The translations under genes were made by a program, and so were the position numbers. Source: Pseudogymnoascus verrucosus (Eukaryota). Taken from it: 64,000 bases of DNA. Shown here one piece after another: positions 1-12,893 of the stretch. Within the stretch, counting starts at the first letter, position 1; each line of letters begins with the position of its first letter. The stretch is from NCBI GenBank assembly GCA_001662655.1, contig KV460217.1, one strand, 5' to 3'. The notes below the pieces were generated by a model. It was not told where the DNA came from, did not search any database, and saw only the letters and a list, made by a program, of their open reading frames with translations.

Positions 1-2734
1 TTGGTCCGAGGCATTTTGTGGTAGTCCTGGCCAGACGTGGCTGTCGAAGGTTTCCTAAACAAATGCTATCAGCTTATGAACCTCTTGTTAATATTAAGAA
101 GAAGACGTTCTGTCCTGAAATTTGACAATTATAGAAGTTCGACTTACCCAGTCGAAATTTCCAGGCGAATCTAATATTGTTTGCAGGGGTTCCGAAGGCG
201 TGGATACAGAGCCCAAGTTGGATTGTAGCCCATACTCTGAAGCCTGCATCATATTATTGGAGGGGTCGAAGTTCCATGGTTGATTCCCGTCGGTAGCAGT
301 TGGTAAAACAGATGCCATTGAGTCTAGATTAGTATTTGTTAGCTATAATTTTCCATGTCATGTGCTGAGAAGATGAAACATAATGTTTAAGGGGAAACAG
401 GTCGCGCGTCGTTAACTGAAAGAGGTTACGCTGCAATAATTATGTATTTGCTCACCATTGAGTGATAATTCCGAGATGGAATATGGCCTATCAGGCATCG
501 CTGAGGCCCTTTCCATACCGTCAACTGGAGCATTAGCATTATTAAGGACACATCCAGCAGGAGCCAAATTAGCGTTCTTCATCATGGCACCAAGAATTCT
601 GGATCCTTTCTCCGCATTAGCCGACATAGATTCTGTGTCAATCCAGACGGCATGTGATTTCTGGAGAGCAGCAACCATCTCATCACGGGATGGTTGTGAT
701 TCGTCTAATGAACTGTTATATTCACTGCTGGGACTCTCTTTCGCCAATTGAGTGAGGCTAGAGTATACTATCATCCCGGCAAGAAGGAAATCGTGGACTG
801 ATAGGGACGAAAGGAACCACCTGTTCAGAGCCAATGGCCCTCCAGGGAGAGCGGCTTGATGAATGGATGATTGATATGAAAGCAGCTCCATTGCCGCATC
901 AACAGCAACTTTTTTGGAATAAGATTCTGTCGCGATGTACTTCCGATGTAGCATACACCGACTCTTTTGTAATAGCAAAGCAATGCTATATCTTTGGATG
1001 ATAATTGCAGCAGGATCGGTAATTGATAGTTCTAAGGGTTTCAGGCGCATGAATTCCGGTACACCAGCTTCGGCTTCCTGAAGAACCGTGTCCAAGGCCA
1101 TAACCTCATCATACGATGGCAGAGACATACGGTTGGCAAGCACGCCCACCTTTCCAAAGACTTCACATATTCTGCTCTTGCAAATGGTGTACGACAATGG
1201 TGTAATTTCCGTTTCCGGTCGGGATGGTGGTAGTTCCGTTGAGTTCTCATCGAAGTCTTCATCTTTTAAATTCCGTGGGTATGCCGTGTCGCTCTCGATC
1301 GCCTGGGTCATAACAGGTAGGCCAAGGAGGAAGCTGCATAATAAATCAACTTGAATAAGGATATGCCAGAGACGTCGTCGCATCTCGCCTTGATAAGGTG
1401 TCAAGCTTCCCCCAACGTTTGCTGGGTCTCTGTGAAGACCCATACGCAAGGCTAGGCGCACTGCAATACCAATAAGCAAATACGGCATCCCCACATCGTC
1501 GTTACTCAAGACAAATTCCCCTTCAATATAAATCAAAAGCGCTTCAAGGGTGTAAGCCCCGGGCTGGGAGTAGTTGGAAAGAACAAGGCACTGAGCCGAA
1601 CAACCGCGATAGGTGCGAATCATTTCTGTTGGTGTTCCGCGCGTATCAGTATTACCTTCTCCAGCTCCGAGCGCTGCAAGAGTTGCAAGGCACATCAATG
1701 CGTATAGCAGGCCTAGCCAGCTGACTGGAGTACTGGACGGATCGGCCCAAAATCTATTGTACTGCCATTTGTGTCAGATGCGAAAATAGAGGCAACCATG
1801 CAGCAAAAAATTGAAGAAATACCTCTTTCAGGAACGTTGGGCGGTGAATAATATCTAGAGAACGTTTAGCTGACGTTGGCTGGTAGGTAAAATTCAGACT
1901 CACGTATAGCTGGGCTGTTTGAATTAAAGTAACGGGAAACAAGCCGATCAACAACTCCCTTCTGAGGTAAAGCTGCTATGAGTTCGAGCTTGGTAACACG
2001 GGAGCCTGGCCTGAATAGAAGTGACATATCTGGGCGGGTGCTATCATCAACAATGTAGTCGGCCTCCTCGGTCTCCTCAAAGTAGCTATGCATTTCTTCA
2101 ACCTAGTAATCGTCAATACTGGATTATAATATCAAAAGAAGGAGGCTCATACATCGTCTAAAATCGCTGCCCAATGAGTAGCCCCAACATAGGTTGTCTG
2201 ATTTGTGCCGAGAAGTACCTGGCCTGCAGAGGGTTGAAGCCCATCTTTCACATCGGGACTTATCGTTTGTGAAAAGTCATTGTGAATATCTCCAGAAAGC
2301 GCTGGGTCAATATTACTCGCTATTCCGTCGCCATGCCCTTCACTGGGAGGAGTTGGCTGTCCAGCAGGGGCCTGGCCAGCCATTACGTCTTTCAGAAGAC
2401 TTTGGAGGTGCTTCAACCTATTCTGCATACTTGCCGCCGGCTTCCTCTTGGCAACAGGTGCTGGAAAAGTGCATTGGGACCCTCGTCCCCTTTTTACACA
2501 TTGCAAACAGGGTTGGTTGCGGTCACATTTTAATTTTGCGTGGCGACAGTGTGTGCAACTCAACTGGCTTCTATTTCGGCGGGGATGAGGCTGACTGGAG
2601 ACCCCTGGGGTAGCATTCTCGCCATCTGGCACAATAATTAATGGGGGCGTGATTGATGGAGCTGGTTTTATCGAGTCATCCATCTTTGTATCTATTTGTT
2701 GGGTTTGGAAAGTTGGTAGATTCATTCCTTGCAT
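1..2734 (-). CDS. Zn(II)2Cys6 transcription factor with fungal-specific TF (Fungal_trans) domain; 3' end runs off the window start
   Basis: Zn cluster CTHCRHAKLKCDRNQPCLQCVKRGRGSQC and Fungal_trans motif AVRLALRMGLHRDP...EMRRRLW. GT-AG introns at 2103-2152, 1855-1903, 1762-1822, 324-455 and 66-147 join the ORF-track pieces. Confidence 0.92.
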
Positions 2735-3539
2735 AGGTAGATTCCCGAGATGAGTGCATAATCACGTGATATGATGTCGACATTTAGCCTATCAGTGAAT
2801 ACTTATGGCCCATCAGTATCTTACTATCATTCAAAGTATAAGATTTGCTCTGCCTATAACCATACCGTTAATCTATATTTGTGATGAGTGCAAGCCGTTG
2901 TGGCTCAACGATCACGTGGAAGTTTTCTCCTCATGAGGAACGATTTAGGAGCTGATCCAGGCGCTTCCATAACCACCAAAGACACCTATTGGGAGTATTT
3001 CAGTACTCAAACTCCAATTCGTCCCTGCTGATCCGTAGGTTCTTCATTATCTTGTAAACAGTTTCAGAGGTTACCATTTTAACTTTAATCCTCCGTGCGC
3101 CGGATCGTGAACCGCGCAAGGGTGAGTGAGATGCGACATCTTCCCGCACAACTCGCGTTTGAGGATCGTCGGATCACCAGTTCGGCGCTTTGAACGAGCC
3201 TCCTTTTCCCCAGCGTCAAATCCCACCCGATACTGTCGCAAGTTTGGATTATTACACGAATCAGAGCCCATGCCCTATTATAATTTCGCTGGTAGGTATA
3301 CCGAGTGAAAGTTGCATCCGTTTGAGGTTTTGATCTGCGTCTTTTAAATATCCCACATCTCCCCCGTTCCATGTCGCTATTTCTCTTTTCAGCAGTTTCG
3401 TCTCGATCTACAGTCTTTTTGTCTTTTATTGTTTAGTAACGGAATTGATTTCTGTTTTATTTTCTCTGTATACATTTTCTTTCGCAATCCAAGCCTTTGC
3501 TTCAGCATCTATCACGCAAACAACATAAACCCGATCACC

Positions 3540-4018
3540 ATGCATCCATCCACTCTTCTCATCGCGCTCCTTGCAGCAACAGCGACCGCCCTCCCCACCC
3601 TCGACGCCCGCGCAAACACATCCGTCAACCCCGACTCCGTAACCTTCACAACCTGCACCGACCCTGGCGTGTAAGTCGCCCCTTCCCTCTTGCGCCCCCG
3701 CACTTACTAACACACCGCAGTTCCATCGACAGCCATGACATCAACGTCGCCATCCTTTCCATCTGCGGCACCATCGCTGGCACAATCCAGAAGTGCCAGG
3801 GCAGCCCGGCCTCAACCACCGGCGCATCGGGGACGGCGGTGCTGAAACTGAATGTCGTGAATCAGGGGTCTACGATCAATGTGTCGAAGGGCAGGTGGGA
3901 GGCGTGCATGAGGGCTGCAAGGGCGGTGTGTGGGAATAGCCCGTTCAAGAGCGAGTGCGTTGGGGGAACGGCTGGGACAAGTGGTGGGAACATTGCGTTT
4001 GAGTTGACAGCTGCGTAA
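3540..4018 (+). CDS. Small secreted cysteine-containing protein (~142 aa, 6 Cys), effector-like
   Basis: ATG at 3540; signal peptide MHPSTLLIALLAATATA-LP. Intron 3671-3720 (GTAAGT..CTAAC..CAG) joins in frame to the 3497-4018 ORF. Confidence 0.85.
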
Positions 4019-4289
4019 GGGAAATGGATGGGCTGGATATTGTGGATATTATGGGCGTACTGGATACGCGGCACTTGGTATAGGTTATATAAACTATCTT
4101 GTCCAAGACAATAATATTGTTAAGATGCCTATAGGCCGAACTGTTACTGTTGTGTTGAACTGGAAGGCTATGCCGTTCTACGTACACCCCAACTAATACC
4201 CCACTATCAAGACGCCCCCAGCAAAATGCCAACCTTCCCCAAACATAACCTCCTTCATAATTCATCACTATGTACTTGCAACCGCTCTC

Positions 4290-5950
4290 CTATGTCTCCT
4301 TTGGCCGGCACCATGCCCTCAAGTGTCTCCCAGGATAATATGGCGTAAAGCAATCCCTAAACACCAAATCCTCCTCAGTCGTCCCATCCAATTCCATATC
4401 AAAGCGCCTCAGCATCGTCGCATACGCAATATACAACTCGCACCAGGCTAGATTAACACCCGTGCAGCTCCGGGGGCCCTTGCTAAATGAAATGAGGTAC
4501 CTGTCCAACCCAGTTGCGTCTTTACCTAGCCAACGCTCAGGGATAAAGGCTTCTGGGTCCGCGAAGATGGAAGGTGATTTGTGCACGATCGCGGAAGTCA
4601 TCCCGACAATGGTACCGGCTGGGATAGCGCATCCGGAGATGGTGGCACCACTAGCTGGGACAATGCGGAGGAGAGAAGAAGTAACACCTGGGGAGTGGCG
4701 CAGAGATTCTTTGATAGTTGCTGTTAGGAGAGGGAGCGTCTCAAGGACTTCATACCGGGGAGGGTTGTCGATATCTGGCCATGCATTGAGGACCTCGGAT
4801 TGGAGCTGCGCGTAGAGTGTCGGTTGGGAGAGGATGTGGAAGTGGCCAGTCATGATTGTATCAGCGACCGTGACTCCACCAGCAAAGACAAGAGACTGGG
4901 CCTCTTCATAGAGTGCCGTTGCGTCTGGTATTGGGTTGCCTTTTTGGGCGTCTGGGTCGAGGAGGCGGTTGTAAATAATTGGGTGCGGGGCATCCTTGAG
5001 GCTATCAGGGTTGGCAATCACGTCTCTAACTTGCTTCCCAAGGAGCATTTGCAAGCGCGATAGGCCTGCCATTTGAGGCGATATTTTCAGAGACAGCCAT
5101 GGTGGGATGCCGAGAATAGATTTCCGTAAGAGGGGGAAGTACTTGAAGGCGTGGAAGGCAGGAAGTGTGTTATCCATAGCCTCCACAATTGGGGCGGCGA
5201 AGTCTGGCTCATCAATTGCGTCAACCGATTGGGCGAAGCAAAAGGTTGTGATAGTATCAATTGTAAAGCAGCGAAATCCGAGCAACAGGTCTGATGAGTT
5301 GCCGTTTGCATTATTCTTTGCCAGAATGCTTGCAAAATGGTCGACCTGGAAGCATTAGCTTGCTGTCCTAGATTTCTGGCATTGGCGGCCATACCTTTTC
5401 TCTGACGAGGCCTTGCATGGTCAGGATGGCCCGCCGAGAGAACAGTGGCAGGAGCACTTCCTTCCGCGGCCTCGACTGGGCATACGTGAGCATCCCGAAG
5501 GAAGAGTGGTCCTCCCCGAAACCCTCATAGAGCATCCGCTCCTTGTCCCACCGGGCCGAAGAATTATAAATATCATGGTAAGCAGCCGGGTTGGAAAAAT
5601 GGAGCTGAGTGCGAGTTAGCGACCTGGGGACTATCTCGCTCCCTCTTCGTCAAAACTTACCTCGTTGGGCCCTATCCGGACGATATCGCCTATAATTCTA
5701 TTAGCTAAGGCTGGAAATACGAGTTTGCATACGTACCAAACTGTTTATGCAGTCGGAAGAGCACATCGGTCATCGACTCTTGTTTGATAACCTCGATATA
5801 AATCTTCCACCAAATCGTGGCCCCCGCAGCGAAGGGTCCAGGATACGCTTTCAGTGGGTGGAAAAACACATTGTAGAGGAGGTGGGTGGCTCCAAAACCA
5901 AGCCACACAAAAAGCACAGTCCACAGAACTTCCGAAAGCTGAATTTCCAT
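4290..5950 (-). CDS. Cytochrome P450 monooxygenase (trichodiene-oxygenase-like group)
   Basis: N-terminal anchor and FHPLKAYPGP; I-helix AGGVT; ESLR (ExxR); PERW; heme motif FSKGPRSCTG. Introns 5690-5736, 5605-5660 and 5346-5393. Confidence 0.93.
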
Positions 5951-6940
5951 CCCGATCAGCTTCTCATGTCTCAATTAAGCACGACAGCATTGAGAGTTAC
6001 ACAGGTGCGAGTCAGAACGATCATTTGGCGGTGCTAGCAACTAAATAGCCCACAACACAAGGGATAGAGCTGAAGTCGCAATCGAGGGGAACTCAATTAG
6101 CGAGTTAGTTTTATGACAGAGAAGATCTGAGTGTTTTCTTTAATTTGGAAGCGAGCAAGCCAATTGATGCAGGAGCACGGATCGTGATTGCAGAAACAAG
6201 ACTTGGCCGCATAAAAGTGACAATGTTTCGTTGGTCCGTTAATATGTGGGTGTATATTCCCAGGTCGCGGGGCTTCTAGGAATGGATCCCCTGCGTAGAT
6301 CAGAGTTTACCGCAAACCCTTATACTTCTATATACAACGACCCAATACTCGTATGATTCAATCGTTAGTTTCCTTGCTTCCTTTACGCCCTCACGATTAT
6401 CGATTATGACGGCCCACAAGAGGCAATAGATAGGAATATCAATCAGTTGTCATATCGTCATACGGCCATGTCTCAAACGCCCGCCTTCGGGATCTGCGGC
6501 TTCTCAATTCAGCTGTCATTACTCGTAGCCCGCAGCACAAAAAGATGCATGCACAACTGTGCTAATGCCACGTTTTCCACGGGGGCCACGACGCGGTTAG
6601 GCACCGCATCGCGAACACGGCACCGGAATCCCGTGCGTCCTACTGAGTACCACGCCATGTGTCATCTCCTCCCTACTCATACATATGCGGCTTGCATGAC
6701 GGGTAGTCATGGCATGCACGCGGTCAACGGAGTCTTTTCCTGGAAGAGGAGGGAGGCCGTGGGTCACAGCTGCAGTATGGTCAGACTGGCTGTCACAGGC
6801 GCTCTTTAAGGCCAACTTCAACTTTTTAATTATTCATCGCTATCTGAAAGCATTCTTCTAATAGTATGTAGATTGTTGGGAGTAATATTTCCAGCACAAT
6901 TCCCAATATGTTATACATTTTGCTCCTTGCGTGAAATTTT

Positions 6941-8813
6941 CTACACATTCCGCTTCACCTTATCAACAGGTGCTGTGTAGACCTTTCTTCCCACCGCGAA
7001 ATAGTAACCCACAGCAAAGATCATAGTAGACCCAAACATGACCGCGTTCCAATTCATAGTTTCCGGCGTTACAGGAATCTGGATGGGGAAGAATACAAAA
7101 ACCCAGACAACAGACAGATAGAGTACCGCGCCGATATTGATGAAGATGCCATAGCGTCCCAGTGACCAGCGACGCGGTGGAAGAGGATCTCCGGTCAGGC
7201 GTCGGATGATGAGACAGACGAACGAAATCATGTATGTTGCCAGCAAGGCGCTTACGGCGAGAGAACCAATGGCGTTGAATGCAACGTGCGACCCGATGTT
7301 TATCAGGGATAAGAGGGTGGTAATTAGAAATGTGACCAATACGGCGTTGAGGGGTATGTTCCACCCAGGCTTAACCTATTGAGCTGTATCAGTATATGCC
7401 AAGACAGCCACCAACAGGACCAGGTGGCACCAGAGACAATGGTCACGCTCATAATTAGGAACTTACGTGTGAAATGAAGTTAGAGAATGGCAACCCCTTG
7501 TCTCTTGCGAAAGACCAGGTCTGGCGAGACACCGTTGCTACAGTGCTGATGCATGCCGAGGTAATATTGACGATGAGGATGGAGGTCATAATTGATGTTC
7601 CGGCATAGCTTTGAGTCGCGTTGAAGAAGACTTGGATGAACGGATAGCCTGTTGGCGAGTCGATAATATCGAGAATATTTCCGAGGGTGAAGCAGAAAGT
7701 GATAACCATCACAAACCCCAGGGAACCATTCATGACAGCAGCCCACATAATGGCCTTTGGGAGGACAATAGACGCATCCTTGATTTCCTCGGACATATGC
7801 ACGGCCGAGTCGGCTCCGATCAGAGTGTAGATTGGAGACAATAGGCCGACCATGAATGCGAGTCCAGTCGTCTTCCAGCCCCCAAAGTTGGAGAACGTAG
7901 TGAAGACATCCGCGGGCGAGCTTCGGGGAGCCAGGACCCAAAGAGGGATGAGAACGGCGAAGAAGCCAAGAATGTGGATTATCAGTACCATACCTTCCAC
8001 CATGGGAAGTTTTTTGGCGAGGAAGGTATTGAAGATGATACAGAACGCCGTGATGGCGATAACGAAGAGGGTTCCATGCCAATTTTCAGGCACGTAATCG
8101 GGCCTGTTCAGAACCAGAAGGCCTTGGATCATAGTTCCCGTCAGGAAAGTAAGAGACGCCAGGCCCGTCTGCCATCCCAGGACAGATGTCCAGCCTATAT
8201 AAATTAGAAAGGCTCCAACAAAGTATGAAGAGAGCAAATCTTACCAACAGTGTAGCTGACGAATCTTTGCCATTTTCTTGGTGCAAATTCAGACACCCAG
8301 TGGTACTGGCCCCCAGAAGTTGGAGCCCTGGCATATGAAGTCAGAGATGAAGTCCATACAACTTAATAGGTGCTCCACTTACATAGATGCCATTTCAGCA
8401 ATTGTGGCAAACACCAACATATACCCCATCCAGACGATGAAGTAGCCCCATATCAAGCCGGCAGTGCCTCCATTGATCAGTGCAAATGCACTCGTCCTAT
8501 CGTTATTAGAGATGTTTAGTTGATATGCCAATCCGGAATACATACATCAATGCGATTTCCCATGTGCTCATCAAGGTGCACGCAAACCCCAGGGTTGAAA
8601 TAAAACGGAAATTCCTCTAACTGTCTCAGCGGCGTTTCCATAGCTGTCAATTCTACTTACGTTGAGCTGCTGAGTCCGTCCCAGCATACGCATTTCATGC
8701 TCATCATGGTCGGTGCCACCCATTCCAGAAGAGCTACCGAGCCCAGCTCCCTTCTCCAGGTGCTGGTCGGAGCTAGTGCTCTCGGCCACGTTTTGCTTCT
8801 GTGCATCTGCCAT
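6941..8813 (-). CDS. Amino acid/GABA/choline permease (APC superfamily, Hnm1/Uga4-like)
   Basis: Motifs GWTSVLGWQ, GADSAVHMSEEIKDA, SRQTWSFARDKGLPFS and TPETMNW; many TM segments. About 5 introns, near 8615-8660, 8497-8543, 8328-8382, 8193-8244 and 7376-7466 (approximate). Confidence 0.92.
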
Positions 8814-10301
8814 GATATCAATGGAGGATGTTTATGTTAGGAGTGGACCGGATCGACAACTCAAGGAGATGATGTCTTCGTATTTGGCGTGCCTGAAAGA
8901 AGGGTCACTGGGAGCAAGGAAGAAAGACAAGAAGGGGTGCTTTTGCAATCAATCTCCTTGGGGAGGGGCCTGCTTCTATCGTCCGTAACACATGGCACCC
9001 CACTCACTCATGCCTATAAATGTCAATGCACAGTCACTTCTCATGATATGGCGTTCCTGGGCAATGGCTGAGTGGCGGCGCCAAATCGATTCCGCGTTCC
9101 CAACTTATTTCCCCCCGTTGACCCAACTCTGCGACCGAAACAAAATCCCCACTCTCAAAGACAACAAACAGAGCAGAGTACGGCTGAGACATCTGTACTG
9201 CCATTTGAGGCGGGACGCCACCTTCATGTATGCTGTAGGGGGAGGACAGGATGCAGATCGCCTTTTCCCAAATAAGTGTGTACTATTGAGTCGCTATTAC
9301 ACCAAGGCCTTGGTGGCCGGATTGTGAGCTTGGGTGTCCACGCGCCATAATATGCGGGCGCAAGGGGTGGATGTTGAGACAAGCAATACATCTCCGATGT
9401 GATAGATCGTATGTACGGAGAATCCCCTAGCGTCGTCGCCGCCGCCACTCTTCCTAATAGGGCGCACACGGCAGTCGCGGTACAGTGCACCATACATATT
9501 ATTCCTTGGCGACAGACAAATCGGTCTCATATTGCCCGCATACGTCCGCATTTGTCATACCACATTAATGCCCATCTCAGGACAGCTGCGGCTTACCTGC
9601 AGTTCGAGGACTAGCCCGTCGAACTGAATCGCCAGCCGACAGCCCCGACCGGTAGGATGTCCCGAGCCAAACGGAATATCCCATCTCCCTTGTCCTGTCG
9701 CAGTAGTTAAGGAGCTATGTCCACCGCATAGCTGTCGCGCTTTCAGGAGTGAGACTATTAAAAGCTATCCGTCGCATTGTGCAGTTGCCGCTCTGTGCGA
9801 TCGTTTTTTCTGTTTCCTTGTTTCCTGTTTGTCTCACCCCGAGGCGAGCGGAGGGCTCAGCTTTTGTGACTAAATCAGCTCTTGGAGGTCGTGCAAACTC
9901 AGCCCCTATTGCCGACCGAGTGACCAGTTTGCCCTGTATGAGGTGGGACGAGCATGTGGTGTCCATAATACACCAACTTCCGTAGCACGCATCCCCCGGT
10001 TGTCCGGTCTTTGGTCTTTGATTGTGGGAGCGTTTGGTGTGGCACGACAGGACGGATCCAACAGAGTTAATCACCAATCGTACTCTGAGACACCCACTGC
10101 TGGCCCAAGGAGGTGATTTTCATCGGGCAAGCGCAGGTTCCCACCTTCTCTGTTAAGGTGCAAATCATCGTAGATCCCTAAGATATGATGTGCATCCCGT
10201 TGACCGGTCCAGTAGATCTACCAGGGGCTTGACGATTGATATACTTGGACTTGTTCGTCGATGCCTCTCTGTACTGGTCTCCGTCGCGTACGGCTCTCTT
10301 G

Positions 10302-11662
10302 ATGGCTTCAACCGCCCCAGTCCTTGCGCCAGGGCAGTCGCCGCCGCTGACGGTGATATCGCCCACCAACCAAGGCGGGGTAATCTTGATTATCACTGCC
10401 TTGGGCATGGTGTTTGCTCTCGTATCTATTCTAATTCGATTGTATATCCGGCTCCAAATTCGCCATGCTTATGAGCGCGACGACACCGCCATTGCGGCTG
10501 CTATGGTAGGCATATATGGCGGCAAAAGATTGAAATTGAAGCTGATAGTAACTAGGTATTTTCGATAATACAATCAAGTCTTGTTTTTGTGGAAGTTTCC
10601 AAAGGTTATGGCAAAACCATAGGAAATATCTCGGCGAGCGGCATCATAGAGTTACAGAAGGTGCGTCTACCCGTGAGACTTGGATAGCTCGACTTGGTCT
10701 CACTGATTCAGGCGTCATACGCAAGCGATCTTCTTTATATTATCACCCTCTGGTTCACAAAATTCTCTGTGGCTCTTTTGTTATTTAGACTTTCATCAGA
10801 CAAGCGCCATAATTGGATGTCGAGAGCGATCTTGCTCGCCGCTGCCATACTTGGTGCCATATCTATATTCATCGTTGCCCTCCGCTGTGATGTTTCGCGC
10901 CCCTGGGTTTTCATCAACGAGCATTGCTCTGACTTGGTGAGATTATAACTGAAGTCTCATTACTATATTTATGCTGACTACAGCCAAGTTGGTCCGCTGG
11001 CAAGTGGTGCTTGCGTTTGACATCATTACGGAATTATCCCTCGTAGGAAACTCTATTTATTTGGTTCAAGATCTCCAAGTGCCGCTCGGAAAGAAGATTG
11101 TCGTCGTCCTCGCTTTTGCGCTGCGACTCCCGTGAGTTCTATCACTCGCCTTCAAACTCAATATCTAACCAGACATAGAATACTTGCCCCCGCAGCACTC
11201 AGGCTATACTATCTCAACATCGAATTCTCCTCGTCCGACCCAACTCTTACTGGCGTCCTCGCATCAGTCTGCGCCCAGATCGAAACAAGCTATGCCATCA
11301 TCTCTGCCACGATCCCTTGTCTGCGGCCATTCATGTCATCTCTCAACACACACTATGGCGCGCCTGCAAAGCCGAAGTCCTCGACCGGGACAGGCTCAGG
11401 AGGTAGCAACCCACGCACACCGCTGGAATCGTTGACAAAAGCTGGACGATCTCTCGGAACAAAAAAGGGAGAGGCGCGTGGAGAGATGTGGGATAAGCCG
11501 GGGAACCTCACATGCGTTACGCGGGGAGAGAAGAATAGTATTGACAGTCATGATAGTAAGCAGATGATTATTACGAAGGATACGGAGTGGGTAGTGGAGT
11601 TTGAGAGACAGAGTGGGATGCAGACCCCGCGGACGGCAGATCGGCCTGTGTCCGATGCCTGA
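10302..11662 (+). CDS. PTH11/SAT4-like (fungal rhodopsin-family) integral membrane protein without CFEM
   Basis: Motifs LIRLYIR..DD, YASDLLYIITLWFTKFSVALLLFRL, FDIITE, AFALRL and QIETSYAIISATIPCLRPFM. Four introns starting at 10506, 10661, 10937 and 11132. Confidence 0.85.
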
Positions 11663-12893
11663 AATTAGGCAATGTTGTGCTGTGTTGTTTAATTTATAAA
11701 AACCTACTATTGATTAGGGGTCGGCGTATGGAATGTATTAGCGCAGCGTTATTATAAACAGAGATTTATAGAGGAAGAGGGCGGAATGGATACACACCGT
11801 ATGTTTACAAAATCCTTGCCTCCTGCGAGACAATGTTGTATGTCCGACGTGCAGTTGCAAGGAGGCCGCGTGCACACCCGAAAGTTCAACGCTATATAGT
11901 TTTGATATGTGATCAACTCGAAGCTGACTCTGTAAGGGACTTCTGGTCTACAAGGGGCTTCAAGCCCAGGTAGACTCCCATTGTTATAAGAACACATGAA
12001 ACACCCGCCATGTTTTCCCTTTCAGAATAGAAAGATGATATGACTGCTATCTATCACGTGGAATTTATCATCGGCGACAGTCCACTTTTGAAAGACTTGG
12101 CCTTGATGACCTGTGATACTTGTCTCGGAAGCGGCCAGCAGCCTCGAAATTATGGAACCTGTACTTCCTTCACCACGGTAAATTCTTTTTTGTATTTGTC
12201 TGTGTTACTGCCAACTCATATGTAATATGTATTATGGGTATTACGGGTACTCTCCTGTCTCTGGAGTCATTCTGTCTATTCGTACTCGTTGCTGACCTAA
12301 GATCTCGAGATAGTTGACAGCGGAGCGGGGCCGCCAAGACATGTCAATACCCCACACTGGAGCCAAGCTATTTGCTAGTGTACGCCTAAACCAACGCTCT
12401 AGGCTCAGGCGGGTATAAATGGGCCACAACAGGAGATAGCACCGATGCTTCTATCGGCGCCGAGACAGTATGATTCAAGGTTCCCCGCAACTCAGTGCCG
12501 TCGAAGTATGCGCCGTCGCGAAGTCATAGACCGAGCCACCCGAAGCATTTGAAGCTCGAAGGATCGGATTGAGCTTACGGTAATCTTACTTTGGAAGGAG
12601 CTCAAAGTTATTCTTGGCAACTTGCGCGAAAGTGTTGCTGACACCGCAATTTCACAGACCATGCGGCCTCTCAATGCCTGCCAATAACGCCGAGTAAGCC
12701 CGCCTTTGTGACCGCGGAGTGGGCCATGAGCGTGCCGGTGCCTCTTGTAGCTCATATCGCGCTCCAATAACCCGAGGGTTGTGACATGGACTTAAAATCT
12801 CACGTGAACATCCCTGTGGGATACCAATTGATAAAGGATGAGGATCCCGTAAAGAGAGTTGAAGGCCAAAACCGCAAACTCTTTCGAAAAGCG

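Noticed and set aside
1..11662. Possible biosynthetic gene cluster (TF, P450, permease)
   Set aside because: No PKS, NRPS, terpene cyclase, DMATS or RiPP precursor/DUF3328 gene in the window. A cluster extending to the left cannot be excluded.
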